Shown: positions 1 to 9,715, counted from the stretch's first letter. The stretch is DNA of 64,000 nucleotides from Verrucomicrobiota bacterium (GCA_050010675.1 JBEKKN010000004.1:172-64171); one strand, 5' to 3'. Numbers and translations: made by a program. The notes: generated from the sequence alone by a model not told the origin.

Positions 1-345
1 AGCCGGTTTCGGCTGACCCATAACAACCGGATCGCCTGGTTCTGGCTCAAAGCGGCCGATTTCGCCCGCACCGGCGCCGAAAGTGACGACACGGAAGGAC
101 TCATTGACCACATCCGCGACATCGAGCCGGTGGTGGTCGCCTGTGTCTTTGAGGAAATTGAACCGGAAATGACGCGCATCAGTCTGCGCTCCAAAAGCGA
201 CCGGGTGAACGTGAGCGACATTGCCGCGCAATTCGGCGGCGGCGGCCATTCGGCGGCGGCCGGCGCCCGCATACCCGGCAAACCGCTTTCCGTCCAACGC
301 CGCGTCATCGCCGCCATCAAACGCGCGCTGAATTCCGCCAGGTGA
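1..345 (+). CDS. nrnA: DHH/DHHA1-family phosphoesterase (NrnA-like), C-terminal fragment; the 5' end lies outside the window
   Basis: Frame 1 is open from base 1 to the stop at 343-345. The C-terminus ...AAQFGGGGHSAAAGA... carries the GGGH signature of the DHHA1 domain. The gene sits directly upstream of truB/ribF. Confidence 0.7.
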   Translation, partial: SRFRLTHNNRIAWFWLKAADFARTGAESDDTEGLIDHIRDIEPVVVACVFEEIEPEMTRISLRSKSDRVNVSDIAAQFGGGGHSAAAGARIPGKPLSVQRRVIAAIKRALNSAR

Positions 346-1017
346 TTGCTCATGCAGATAAAGAAAGACCTTCTTTCTCACATGGAAGCAAACCATCCGG
401 ACTTTAAGTTCGCTTGGGCAAGTGAATCTGTTTTATACAATTTTTGCCGAGTTCATGACGATGGTTTGTATGATTCTGTTTTATTTGTAAAAGATAAATC
501 GAGAAACGTTTTATCTTTGGAAATTGCGGCAACTTACGATCCGTTTTGGAAAGGACAACTAACTCGCCCGATAGCAAAAGCCAGAGGGCTGGCCTTTATA
601 AAACATGGAAGAAATTCATTGAGAGCAGAACAAACTTGGTATGTTTATGGAAATTCAAAAGATCAATTGAGAGTTGCTTTGACTGAGATTTCCGATGATT
701 TACGACTCTACGCAATGGATTATTTTTTCCGTTCGGCGGAGGAGTTGCGTTCCAATCAATTGCTCCAGTATGGATTATCTTTGGTTCGTAACTGGAAACC
801 GTTTGAAGAAACTTTTCGAGCGAAATTGGAAGCAGATTGGCTAGGAGGTCGTCTTAAAGAAAATCCATTTTGGTCAACTTTTCAGGAAGTGGAACGTCTC
901 TTGTTGGAATTTGCAATAAATACCGGTCTTCCAACCGAGGACATTCGAGGATATACGATTGATTTGTTATGCAATTTCAGAAGGTCTGATTGGTCTTGGG
1001 CAAACAGCAGACTTTGA
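346..1017 (+). CDS. hypothetical protein encoded on an AT-rich insert
   Basis: A 223-codon ORF (TTG at 346, ATG at 352) fills the whole gap between nrnA and truB. Hand counts of sample 60-mers give about 30-35% GC against about 60% in the flanks. I recognise no motif. Confidence 0.5.
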   Translation: MLMQIKKDLLSHMEANHPDFKFAWASESVLYNFCRVHDDGLYDSVLFVKDKSRNVLSLEIAATYDPFWKGQLTRPIAKARGLAFIKHGRNSLRAEQTWYVYGNSKDQLRVALTEISDDLRLYAMDYFFRSAEELRSNQLLQYGLSLVRNWKPFEETFRAKLEADWLGGRLKENPFWSTFQEVERLLLEFAINTGLPTEDIRGYTIDLLCNFRRSDWSWANSRL

Positions 1018-1018
1018 T

Positions 1019-1732
1019 ATGCAAGATTTTTCCGCACTCGACGGCGCCATCCTCATTGACAAGCCCGCCGGCCCCACGTCACACGACGTGGTGGACGCCA
1101 TCCGCCGGCAGTTCGGCATCAAAAAGGTCGGCCATTGCGGCACGCTGGATCCCAACGCCACCGGCCTGCTCGTCATCGTGCTGGGCCGTGGCACCAAGCT
1201 CTCGGAAAAATTGATGGGCGACGACAAGGTCTACGAAGGCACGGTCAAATTCGGGGAGACGACGGACAGTTACGATGCGGATGGCGAAATCACGGAAACC
1301 AAACCCGTTCCGCCGCTGCCACTGGATCAATTGAACGAAGCGGCCGCCACGTTCATCGGCGACCTGATGCAAATCCCGCCCATGGTTTCCGCCATAAAAA
1401 AGCACGGCGTGCCGCTTTACAAACTGGCGCGCAAAGGCATTGAGATCGAACGCGAACCACGGCTGGTTCATATTTACAATTTTCGCTTCACCGATTATCA
1501 TGAGCCGCTGGGCCGCTTTCGTATTGCCTGTACCAAAGGCACTTATGTCCGAAGCATTGCAAATGAACTTGGCAAAATGGCCGGCTGCGGCGCGCACCTG
1601 GCCGCGCTCCGCCGCCTGGCATCCGGAAAGTTTGATGTGGCCGAAGCCATGCCGCTGGCCGAGGTTTTGAAATTGACGACGGCGGAATTGGAAAAAAGAG
1701 TGCTCCCTTTCCTGAAACTCGCGCAGTCATGA
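1019..1732 (+). CDS. truB: tRNA pseudouridine(55) synthase TruB
   Basis: ILIDKPAGPTSHDVV and the catalytic GHCGTLDPNATGLL motif are present. The ATG at 1019 (MQDFSALDGA...) is preferred over the longer ORF starting at 959. Confidence 0.9.
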   Translation: MQDFSALDGAILIDKPAGPTSHDVVDAIRRQFGIKKVGHCGTLDPNATGLLVIVLGRGTKLSEKLMGDDKVYEGTVKFGETTDSYDADGEITETKPVPPLPLDQLNEAAATFIGDLMQIPPMVSAIKKHGVPLYKLARKGIEIEREPRLVHIYNFRFTDYHEPLGRFRIACTKGTYVRSIANELGKMAGCGAHLAALRRLASGKFDVAEAMPLAEVLKLTTAELEKRVLPFLKLAQS

Positions 1733-2652
1733 AAATTATCCGCGCTGCAAATGAATTGTCGCCGGGCGGACGCCAGATTTGTCTGGCCATCGGTTTTTTT
1801 GACGGCGTGCATCTGGGGCACCAGCAAATCATCCGGCAAACCATTGCCGATGCGCGCCAGCATGATGCCCTCGCGCTGGTGCTCACTTTCGACCGGCATC
1901 CCAATACCATCGTCGCCCCGGACCGCGTGCCGCCACTGATTTATTCGCTGCCGCAAAAGCTGCGGGTGATCGAATCACTCGGTGTGGATACCCTGTTGCT
2001 GATCCATTTTGACGAGCCGTTCAGCCGGCAGACCGGCGAGGAATTTATCCGGAGCCTGACGCGGGAGATGGGAGCCATTCAAAGCCTTTGCGTCGGCGCG
2101 AATTTTGTCTTCGGCCGCCAGCGCAGCGGCAATGTTCCCTTGCTCGGAAAACTTGGCGGCGAAATTGGTTTTACCGTACACGGACTTGCCGCCGTCTCCC
2201 TGGATGGCCAGATCGTCAGCAGCACACGCATCCGCGAATTCATTCGCGCCGGTGACCTGGACTCCGTCAGTCAGATGATCGGGCGACCCTACGCGATCTC
2301 GGGTCGGGTGATTGAAGGTCAGCGTTTGGGTCAGCAGTTGGGCTTTCCCACCGCAAATCTGGAAGTAGCCGGTCTGGCACTTCCCCCAAATGGTGTCTAT
2401 GCCGGCCAGGCAAATGTCGACGGAAAGACCCATCGCGTTGCTTTAAACCTTGGTTCGCGGCCAACGGTTTCATCCGGATCACAAGCGACTCATGCAGAAG
2501 CACATTTGCTGAATTTTAACGGTAACCTTTATAACCGCGAATTAGAGGTTGAAATTGGTGATAAATTGCGTAATGAGAAAAAATTTGCATCTGCAGCTGA
2601 GTTACGAGAACAGATTGCCTTGGATATCGCGAAGGTAGCCTCTCAATCATGA
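1729..2652 (+). CDS. ribF: bifunctional riboflavin kinase / FMN adenylyltransferase
   Basis: GFFDGVHLGHQ matches the N-terminal FAD synthetase motif. The C-terminal riboflavin kinase region reads GFPTANL...GVYAG. There is a 4-nt overlap with truB. Confidence 0.9.
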   Translation: MKIIRAANELSPGGRQICLAIGFFDGVHLGHQQIIRQTIADARQHDALALVLTFDRHPNTIVAPDRVPPLIYSLPQKLRVIESLGVDTLLLIHFDEPFSRQTGEEFIRSLTREMGAIQSLCVGANFVFGRQRSGNVPLLGKLGGEIGFTVHGLAAVSLDGQIVSSTRIREFIRAGDLDSVSQMIGRPYAISGRVIEGQRLGQQLGFPTANLEVAGLALPPNGVYAGQANVDGKTHRVALNLGSRPTVSSGSQATHAEAHLLNFNGNLYNRELEVEIGDKLRNEKKFASAAELREQIALDIAKVASQS

Positions 2653-2996
2653 TAGTCATAAGCCGTTAATTTTCAATTATTTGAGTTTATAATGGCCTTT
2701 GAAATCGGCGCAAAACGTCGCTTATCCTGGGTTTCATTCTGACGAATACGATTCTGCTTGAATTTCCTGGAAAAGGGTTTAAGGTGGCGACGCGTCGGTC
2801 TTCTGGTGTTCGAGTTCTCCCGAAGTTCTATGGGCGAGTGAGAGTTGTGCCAAGACGACGCGAACTCGTGGGGTGAAAACTCTGTAAATTTAACTGAACC
2901 AAAACGGGTTAATGCAGGTCTGATAACTTATGCTGAATCGAAAAACAACGCCGCCGAACGGCGCGGGACGTAACCGCCGCCGGGATGTAAGACGAG

Positions 2997-4697
2997 GTGC
3001 CGGAGCAAAATCCACTCCGGAACGCCGCCGTTTTGTCATTGCCAGCAACGGTGGATCTGACCGAAACGGTCAAGACCTTGCTGCACCTGGCGCAGGAGCA
3101 CGGCTACATCACCTACGACGACATCAACGACGTGCTGCCGGACAATCTCAGTCCCGAAGACCTCGACGCGTTGCTCAGCAAACTGCGCAGCCTGGACATC
3201 GAAATCGTCATGGACCAGGCGGAGGCGGAACGCGCCAAGCAGCCCGAGCCCGCGCAACCCGAGGAACCACAGGACGAGGACTCGCGGCTGGAAATTCTCG
3301 ATGATCCGGTCCGGATGTACATGAACCAGATGGGCAAGGTGCCGCTGCTCACCCGCGAGCAGGAGGTTGAGATTTGCAAGCGCATCGAGGAGGCCGAAAT
3401 CGAAATGAAGCGGATCGTTTACAGCCTGGGTTTCGCCGCCAAGGAACACATTGCCATCGCGGAAAAACTTTTGTCCGAACCCCCGAAGGAACGCTTTGAT
3501 CGCGTGATTGTGGACAAGAAGATCGCCAATCGCGAAGGGCATCTGCGCGACCTGCGCCGGCTTATTAAAAAGGTTCGCACGCTCGACCAAAAGGTGGATG
3601 CAAAATATTTTGCCTGGCAGAAGGCCCTGCAAAAGGGCCGCAAGGAAAGACTGCAGCGGGAATTGAAGAAACTCGGCGTCAAATTGCAGGAAACCTTCCA
3701 GAAATTTTTCTACAAACAGAAGGTGGTCGAGGAAATGATTGTGGTGGCGGGCAACGTTCATGAAAAATTCCAGGCGAGCCTGCGGCATCTCCGGGACCTT
3801 GAGGGTTTGCGGACCACGGCCGAACGCCGGACCGCCATGGAGGCCGAACGCGCCAAAATCCAGACGCTCGAGCAGTTCGTCCGGATGCCGCGCGAGGAGT
3901 TTGCCAAGGCGTTCGGCGACTTGAAAAAAGCGGCCGACGCGGGGCTCAAGGCCAAAACGCACATGGCCGAGGCCAATTTGCGCCTCGTCGTTTCCGTCGC
4001 CAAAAAATACACCAACCGCGGCCAGTCGTTCCTGGATTTGATCCAGGAAGGCAACATCGGCTTGATGAAGGGCGTCGAAAAATTCGAGTATCGCCGCGGC
4101 TACAAATTTTCCACCTACGCCATCTGGTGGATCCGCCAGGCCATCACCCGCAGCATTGCCGACCAGGCCCGCACCATTCGCATCCCGGTGCACATGATCG
4201 AAATCATGAACAAGCTCTGGCGCGCGCAAAAGCAGCTCACGCAGGAGCTGGGCCGCGAACCCACGCCGGAGGAACTGGCCGACGAAATGCACATGCCTGT
4301 CGCGCGCATCCACGCGTTGCTCAAAATGGCGCAACAGCCGGTGTCGCTCCACGCGCCCGTCGGCGATGACGGCGATGTCAGCGTCGGCGATTTCATCGAG
4401 GACAAGACCGCGGAAAATCCGTCGGAAGTCACCAGCTACAGCCTGCTCCGCGAAAAGTTGAGCGACGTGCTGACGACACTGACCGAGCGGGAACGCAAGA
4501 TTCTCGAAATGCGTTTCGGCCTGCTCGACGGCTACGAACGCACCCTCGAGGAGATCGGCAAGATGTACAACGTCACGCGTGAACGCATCCGTCAGATCGA
4601 GGCCAAGGCACTGCGCAAGCTGCGTCACCCGACGCGCGTGCGCCACTTGCAAGGCTTCCTGGATTCGTCGGAACCGGAGATGAGCACGGCGGCGTAA
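2997..4697 (+). CDS. rpoD: RNA polymerase sigma-70 factor RpoD
   Basis: Regions 1.1 to 4 are recognisable: [84 protein letters not shown] and [30 protein letters not shown]. The exact start (GTG at 2997) is uncertain. Confidence 0.95.
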   Translation: MPEQNPLRNAAVLSLPATVDLTETVKTLLHLAQEHGYITYDDINDVLPDNLSPEDLDALLSKLRSLDIEIVMDQAEAERAKQPEPAQPEEPQDEDSRLEILDDPVRMYMNQMGKVPLLTREQEVEICKRIEEAEIEMKRIVYSLGFAAKEHIAIAEKLLSEPPKERFDRVIVDKKIANREGHLRDLRRLIKKVRTLDQKVDAKYFAWQKALQKGRKERLQRELKKLGVKLQETFQKFFYKQKVVEEMIVVAGNVHEKFQASLRHLRDLEGLRTTAERRTAMEAERAKIQTLEQFVRMPREEFAKAFGDLKKAADAGLKAKTHMAEANLRLVVSVAKKYTNRGQSFLDLIQEGNIGLMKGVEKFEYRRGYKFSTYAIWWIRQAITRSIADQARTIRIPVHMIEIMNKLWRAQKQLTQELGREPTPEELADEMHMPVARIHALLKMAQQPVSLHAPVGDDGDVSVGDFIEDKTAENPSEVTSYSLLREKLSDVLTTLTERERKILEMRFGLLDGYERTLEEIGKMYNVTRERIRQIEAKALRKLRHPTRVRHLQGFLDSSEPEMSTAA

Positions 4698-4699
4698 AT

Positions 4700-4782
4700 G
4701 ATTTACGATTTTGGATTTACGATTTCTCCCGCGCTTGAAGACCTGAAGGACGCGCGCCAATCGTATATCGCAAATCGTAAAT
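4700..4782. repeat. imperfect inverted repeat built from 7-nt 'words' (GATTTAC GATTTTG GATTTAC GATTT ... AATCGTA TATCGCA AATCGTA AAT)
   Basis: The left arm at 4701-4725 is roughly 80% complementary to the right arm at 4759-4782. It lies between the rpoD stop and the next start codon and may act as a terminator. Confidence 0.6.
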
Positions 4783-4785
4783 GTG

Positions 4786-5466
4786 ATGAAAGTCATTTAC
4801 TACGGTCATTCCTGCTTCTCGGTCACAGCTGGCGGCAAGCGCCTGCTGTTTGACCCCTTCATTTCCGGCAATCCCCTGGCAAAAGACATTGACGTGAAGT
4901 CGGTGCCGGCGGATTTCATCCTCGTCTCCCACGGACACGATGACCACATTGGCGACACGGTGGAAATTGCCAAACGCACCGGCGCGCTCGTCATCGCCAA
5001 TTTTGAAGTCGCCCTGTGGCTGGAAAAACAAGGGGCGCCCCGCGTTCATCCGCTGAACCACGGCGGCGGTCACCCCTTCGACTTCGGCCGCGCCAAATTC
5101 GTCAATGCCATTCACTCCAGCACCCTGCCCGATGGCACCAATGGCGGCAATGCCGGCGGCTTCGTGGTCGAGAGCACGGATGGGAATTTCTATTTCTCCG
5201 GTGATACCGCCCTGACGCTGGACATGAAGCTGATTGGCGAAGCCACGCCGCTGAAATTTGCCGCGCTGTGCATCGGCGACAACTTCACGATGGGACTGGA
5301 CGATGCCGTCAAGGCCGCCGACTTTGTCCGCAGCCGGGAAATCCTCGGTGTTCACTACGACACCTTTCCGCCGATCAAGATTGATCACGAACTCGCCGTG
5401 AAGAAATTTGCCGCTTCAGGAAAGACGCTGCACCTTCTGCAACCCGGCGAGACGCACGATTTCTAG
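4786..5466 (+). CDS. metal-dependent hydrolase, beta-lactamase fold (UPF0173-like)
   Basis: MKVIYYGHSCF..., ...ILVSHGHDDHIGD (an HxHxDH-type metal motif) and ...FSGDTAL... are present. Confidence 0.8.
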   Translation: MKVIYYGHSCFSVTAGGKRLLFDPFISGNPLAKDIDVKSVPADFILVSHGHDDHIGDTVEIAKRTGALVIANFEVALWLEKQGAPRVHPLNHGGGHPFDFGRAKFVNAIHSSTLPDGTNGGNAGGFVVESTDGNFYFSGDTALTLDMKLIGEATPLKFAALCIGDNFTMGLDDAVKAADFVRSREILGVHYDTFPPIKIDHELAVKKFAASGKTLHLLQPGETHDF

Positions 5467-6593
5467 TTGTTCGGATCCACGATGTGGATGTCAATGCCCG
5501 GCGCGTGGTGCATGAAAAATTCAAGGACGTTCGGACGCGTGAAATGCCACCAGTGCCGTTCCGTCGTGCCGAGCACAACCAGATTGACATCATTTTCGCG
5601 GCAATACTTCAGCAACGCTTGACAGACATCCTCGCTTTCCAGCACCGTGACGCTGCCGCCGAGTTCGGTGGCAAGCTGGACGTTCTGCATGAATTGCCGC
5701 TGTAAATCCGACGGAATCCGCATGGGATCCTCCTTTTTGCGCCGGACGTAAACCGCCATCCACTCGCGGTTCAAGCGCCCGGCCATTCGTGATGCCGCAC
5801 GTAACAACCTGGCCGTCGTCAACGGATTGGTGCTGATGAAGACGGCGATTTTCTCGCTGACCTTCGGCGGCGACTTTGTGCCGATGCGCGGGCGCTGGTC
5901 GAGCGCATTAGCGGTTTCGCGCAGAGCCAGTTCGCGCAGCTCGTTCAGGTTGTTTTCCGTGAAAAAATTCTCCAACGCGGCGGCGGCACGGTCTTTCGGA
6001 TAAATTTTTCCCAGCTTCAGCCGCTCGCGCAATTCTTCGGCGGTTAAATCCACGTTCACGACATGGTCGGCCTCCAGCACGAAACGATCGGGCACGCGCT
6101 CACGCACATCCACACCCGTAGCGCGTAGCACGGTGTCGTGCAGGCTTTCGAGATGCTGGATGTTCATCGCGGTGATAATGTTGATGCCGGCCAGCAGCAA
6201 ATCATGCACTTCGAGATAACGTTTGGGATGCTGCGACCCGGCGACGTTCGTGAACGGCAACTCGTCCACGACGCAGACAGTCGGGTAGCGCTTGAAAATG
6301 GCGTCCACGTCGAGAACTTCGACAGTATGGCCGTTGTGCTCGACTTTTTTACGCGGAATGATTTCCAGGCCTACCAGCAGTGCCTCGGTTTCCTTGCGTC
6401 CGTGCGTTTCCACCCAGCCGATGACCACGTCCACGCCCGCCTTTTTAAGGCGATGCGCCTCCTCGAGCATCGCGTAGGTTTTGCCGACACCCGCGGCGTG
6501 ACCGAGGTAAATTTTTAATTTCCCGAGCCGGCTTTTCTCGATCAGCCGGAGGAAATCCTCCGGCTTCAGCCTTTCAATGGCGGGCGGTTCCAC
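5463..6593 (-). CDS. kdpD: KdpD N-terminal sensor domain plus USP-like domain protein; no transmembrane, HisKA or ATPase region
   Basis: GKLKIYLGHAAGVGKTYAMLEEAHRLKKAGVDVVIGWVETHGRKET...VDELPFTN...NIITAMNIQHLESL matches the KdpD N-terminal domain. The C-terminal third is USP-like. The protein ends at 376 aa. Confidence 0.85.
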   Translation of the reverse strand: MEPPAIERLKPEDFLRLIEKSRLGKLKIYLGHAAGVGKTYAMLEEAHRLKKAGVDVVIGWVETHGRKETEALLVGLEIIPRKKVEHNGHTVEVLDVDAIFKRYPTVCVVDELPFTNVAGSQHPKRYLEVHDLLLAGINIITAMNIQHLESLHDTVLRATGVDVRERVPDRFVLEADHVVNVDLTAEELRERLKLGKIYPKDRAAAALENFFTENNLNELRELALRETANALDQRPRIGTKSPPKVSEKIAVFISTNPLTTARLLRAASRMAGRLNREWMAVYVRRKKEDPMRIPSDLQRQFMQNVQLATELGGSVTVLESEDVCQALLKYCRENDVNLVVLGTTERHWWHFTRPNVLEFFMHHAPGIDIHIVDPNN

Positions 6594-6657
6594 GTCGGAA
6601 AGAAACTATTTTTGCGGCAACTGGTCGAGCGCGAAGTTTGATTTGCGGCTGGGAATT

Positions 6658-6868
6658 CAACGCAAAGCGGCAAAGACGCAAAGTCCTGGCACGAATTTCA
6701 CGAATTCAAATGCGCTGAAGGCGCAATTCGACTCCTCATCCCGGCCATCTTGAATCGCTAACACCTCATCCGGCCTCCGGCCGCCTTCTCCCCATCCGAT
6801 GCGGAGAAGGCATTATTAATGTGCCACAATTACCCAGCGTAGCCGCTGCGCGTCAACGCTGGGGTAAT
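6658..6868. repeat. cluster of short 'word' repeats and GC hairpins in the kdpC-kdpD spacer
   Basis: Elements seen are AACGCAAAGCGGCAAAGACGCAAAG (6658-6683), CACGAATTTCACGAATTC (6690-6707), hairpin CCTTCTCC-N11-GGAGAAGG (6784-6810), and hairpin AATTACCCAGCGT-N14-ACGCTGGGGTAATT (6828-6868). Confidence 0.6.
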
Positions 6869-6952
6869 TTCCGCAGACCCGTCAGGGCATCGGGCAACCC
6901 GCTGCGCTACCTTCCCATTGCCAGCCGATCCACCTCCTCGGCGGAGTTCAGT

Positions 6953-7066
6953 TCACTTTGGCGGCCCGAGCCGCGTCAACGCCCACCAGAAGAGGAAAAC
7001 GATGACGACCGAGCCAATCAAAAAATAGGCCAGGACCAGCAGCATGTTAAGCAATGCGGCACCCAC
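6953..7066 (-). CDS. candidate 37-aa single-pass membrane peptide immediately downstream of kdpC
   Basis: This ORF is my own translation and is absent from the track because it is under 60 aa. GTG at 7066 gives MGAALLNMLLVLAYFLIGSVVIVFLFWWALTRLGPPK* (alternative ATG at 7045). It begins 13 nt after the kdpC stop on the same strand. Confidence 0.3.
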   Translation of the reverse strand: MGAALLNMLLVLAYFLIGSVVIVFLFWWALTRLGPPK

Positions 7067-7079
7067 AATTTTTTTACGT

Positions 7080-7670
7080 TTATTTGCCGGCCAGGCCGTC
7101 GAGCGCGAAGTTCAACGTCATCACGTTTACCCGCGGCTCCCCGAATACGCCGAGGTCGCGCGCGTCCGTGTTTTGCCCGACAAACTCGCGCACACGGTCC
7201 TCGGAAATCCCGCGCGCCTTCGCCACGCGCGGAATCTGTAATCCTGCGTTCGCTACGCTGATGTGCGGGTCGAGGCCGCTCGCGGACTCGGTCACGGCAT
7301 CCGCCGGGACCACGGCATTCGTCGCCAGACCGTTGTCGGAACGATAGGTGGCGATATTCTGCGTGATGTTGGCAACCAGATTGGACGAGGTCGGACCGAG
7401 ATTGCTGCCGCCGGAACTGGTCGGGTCATACCCATTCGACCCTGCCGCCGACGGACGCGGATGGAAATACTTCACCCCGGTGAAGTTTTGCGCCAGCAAC
7501 GTCGAGCCGCGCACGCCGGATTTGTCCACCAGCAAACTGCCGTTGGCCTGGTTGGGGAACAGTAATTGCGCCGCGCCAAAAACGATAAGCGGATACAGGC
7601 CGCACAAAATGACGGCGAAGAACAGTGTCGCCATGATTGAACGGCCAAATTCTGCGAAAATATTTTTCAT
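7080..7670 (-). CDS. kdpC: potassium-transporting ATPase subunit C
   Basis: MKNIFAEFGRSIMATLFFAVILCGLYPLIVFGAAQLLFPNQANGSLL... and ...SASGLDPHISVANA... are typical KdpC. The ATG at 7670 is preferred over the longer ORF extending to 7760. Confidence 0.9.
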   Translation of the reverse strand: MKNIFAEFGRSIMATLFFAVILCGLYPLIVFGAAQLLFPNQANGSLLVDKSGVRGSTLLAQNFTGVKYFHPRPSAAGSNGYDPTSSGGSNLGPTSSNLVANITQNIATYRSDNGLATNAVVPADAVTESASGLDPHISVANAGLQIPRVAKARGISEDRVREFVGQNTDARDLGVFGEPRVNVMTLNFALDGLAGK

Positions 7671-7687
7671 AAATTTTATGAATGGGT

Positions 7688-9703
7688 TTATGCCAGATGC
7701 AAACCGGCGAGGACGAGGTCGATGAGCTTGATACCGATGAACGGCAGGATAATGCCCCAAACGCCGTAGACGAGCAGGTTGATGCGCAGAATGGCCGCCG
7801 CCCCCAGCGGACGGAACTTCACACCGCGCAACGCCAGTGGAATGAGCGCAATAATGATCAACGCGTTGAAAATGACGGCGCTCAAAATCGCGCTGTCCGG
7901 GCTGTGCAGGCGCATGACGTTGAGCGGGGCGATGACGGGGAATGTCACCATGAGCATCGCCGGGATGATGGCAAAATATTTTGCCACATCGTTGGCGATG
8001 CTGAACGTGGTCAACGCGCCGCGCGTAATGAGCAGTTGTTTTCCGATTTCAATGATTTCGAGCAGCTTCGTCGGATTCGAATCCAGATCCACCATGTTCC
8101 CGGCTTCCTTGGCGGCTTGTGTGCCGGTGTTCATGGCCACACCCACATCGGCCTGCGCGAGCGCGGGCGCATCGTTCGTGCCGTCGCCAATCATCGCAAT
8201 CATCCGTCCACCCTGCTGTTCCTGGCGAATCAGGGCGAGTTTGTCCTCCGGTTTCGCCTCGGCGAGAAAATCATCCACGCCTGCCTCCTGCGCGATGGCG
8301 GCGGCAGTGAGCTTGTTGTCACCCGTAATCATCACGGTGCGGATGCCCATGGCGCGAAAGCGCTTGAAACGGTCAGCGAGGCCGCCCTTGATGATGTCCT
8401 TCAAATGAATCACCCCGAGGGCGCGTTCCCGGGTGGCCACCACCAGCGGCGTGCCACCGGAAAGGGAAATGGCCTCGACAATTTTTTCGAGTTCCGCCGG
8501 CAACATGCCGCCGACAAACTGGCGCACCGCGTTCGCCGAGCCTTTGCGAATCTGCTGGCCTTCGAAATTCACACCACTCATGCGCGTCTGCGCAGTGAAC
8601 GGCACGAATTGCGCGCCGGGCAAATCGTGAATCGTCCGCGCCCGGATGCCGAATTGTTTGGCCAGCACGACGACGCTGCGGCCTTCCGGTGTTTCATCGG
8701 CCAGCGACGCGAGTTGCGCCGCGTCGGCAAGTTCCTGCGTAGACACATCGGTCCCGGGCAGAAAGGCCGTGGCCTGGCGGTTGCCGAGCGTGATGGTGCC
8801 GGTTTTATCGAGCAACAACACATCCACGTCGCCCGCCGCTTCAACGGCGCGTCCACTCATGGCCAGAACATTGCGCTGCAGCAAACGATCCATGCCCGCG
8901 ATGCCGATGGCACTCAACAAACCGCCGATGGTCGTCGGAATCAGACAAACGAGCAGCGCAATAAGCACGGCGTTGGAAAAATTCACGCCGGAATAAATGC
9001 CAAACGGTTTCAAAGTGACGACCGCGAGCAGAAAGACGACGGTGAGCGCGGCGAGCAGAATCGTGAGCGCGATTTCGTTGGGCGTTTTCTGACGGCTCGC
9101 GCCTTCGACCAGTTGAATCATACGGTCCAGAAAACCTTCGCCGGGATTGGTCGTAATACGGATTTTGATTTCGTCCGAGAGTACACGCGTGCCGCCGGTG
9201 ACGGCGCTGCGGTCGCCGCCGGCTTCGCGGATGACGGGCGCGGATTCGCCGGTGATGGCCGATTCATCCACCGTCGCCGCGCCCAGAATCACTTCGCCGT
9301 CGGCCGGGACCATTTCGCCCGTGCGGACCATGATCAGGTCGCCTTTACGAAGCGATTCAGCGTCCACGGTTTCAGTGGTTCCATCATTGCGGAGTTTGTT
9401 TGCGCTGGTGCGTGTTCGCGTGGCGCGCAGCGCCTTGGCCTGCGCCTTGCCACGGCCCTCGGCGACGGCTTCGGCGAAATTTGCGAACAACACGGTGAAC
9501 CACAGCCAGATGGCAATTTGCGTGACGAACAAGGTCTGGCCCGGCGATCGAAAAATGTCCACGGTGCTGATGGCCGCGCCGACCATCGTGACGAACATGA
9601 CAGGATTTTTCACCATCAACCGCGGGTTCAGCTTTATAAACGCATCGCCAATGGCCGGAACGAGAATTTTCGTGTTTAAAATGGAAACGGATTTCGTTTG
9701 CAT
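7688..9703 (-). CDS. kdpB: potassium-transporting P-type ATPase subunit B
   Basis: The P-type ATPase motifs [19 protein letters not shown] and [19 protein letters not shown] are present. The gene lies between kdpA and kdpC. Confidence 0.95.
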   Translation of the reverse strand: MQTKSVSILNTKILVPAIGDAFIKLNPRLMVKNPVMFVTMVGAAISTVDIFRSPGQTLFVTQIAIWLWFTVLFANFAEAVAEGRGKAQAKALRATRTRTSANKLRNDGTTETVDAESLRKGDLIMVRTGEMVPADGEVILGAATVDESAITGESAPVIREAGGDRSAVTGGTRVLSDEIKIRITTNPGEGFLDRMIQLVEGASRQKTPNEIALTILLAALTVVFLLAVVTLKPFGIYSGVNFSNAVLIALLVCLIPTTIGGLLSAIGIAGMDRLLQRNVLAMSGRAVEAAGDVDVLLLDKTGTITLGNRQATAFLPGTDVSTQELADAAQLASLADETPEGRSVVVLAKQFGIRARTIHDLPGAQFVPFTAQTRMSGVNFEGQQIRKGSANAVRQFVGGMLPAELEKIVEAISLSGGTPLVVATRERALGVIHLKDIIKGGLADRFKRFRAMGIRTVMITGDNKLTAAAIAQEAGVDDFLAEAKPEDKLALIRQEQQGGRMIAMIGDGTNDAPALAQADVGVAMNTGTQAAKEAGNMVDLDSNPTKLLEIIEIGKQLLITRGALTTFSIANDVAKYFAIIPAMLMVTFPVIAPLNVMRLHSPDSAILSAVIFNALIIIALIPLALRGVKFRPLGAAAILRINLLVYGVWGIILPFIGIKLIDLVLAGLHLA

Positions 9704-9715
9704 GGAAAAAGCGGG

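Noticed and set aside
3036-4796. A 586-aa minus-strand ORF spanning the whole rpoD region.
   Set aside because: It is an antisense shadow ORF of a GC-rich gene. Its translation is low-complexity (Arg/Ala/Gly/Leu-rich) with no motifs, while the plus strand encodes an unmistakable sigma-70.
6821-7261. A 146-aa plus-strand ORF in the kdpC-kdpD spacer.
   Set aside because: It runs through hairpin repeats and is antisense to kdpC and the small membrane ORF. It is Arg/Pro/Ser-rich with no motif.
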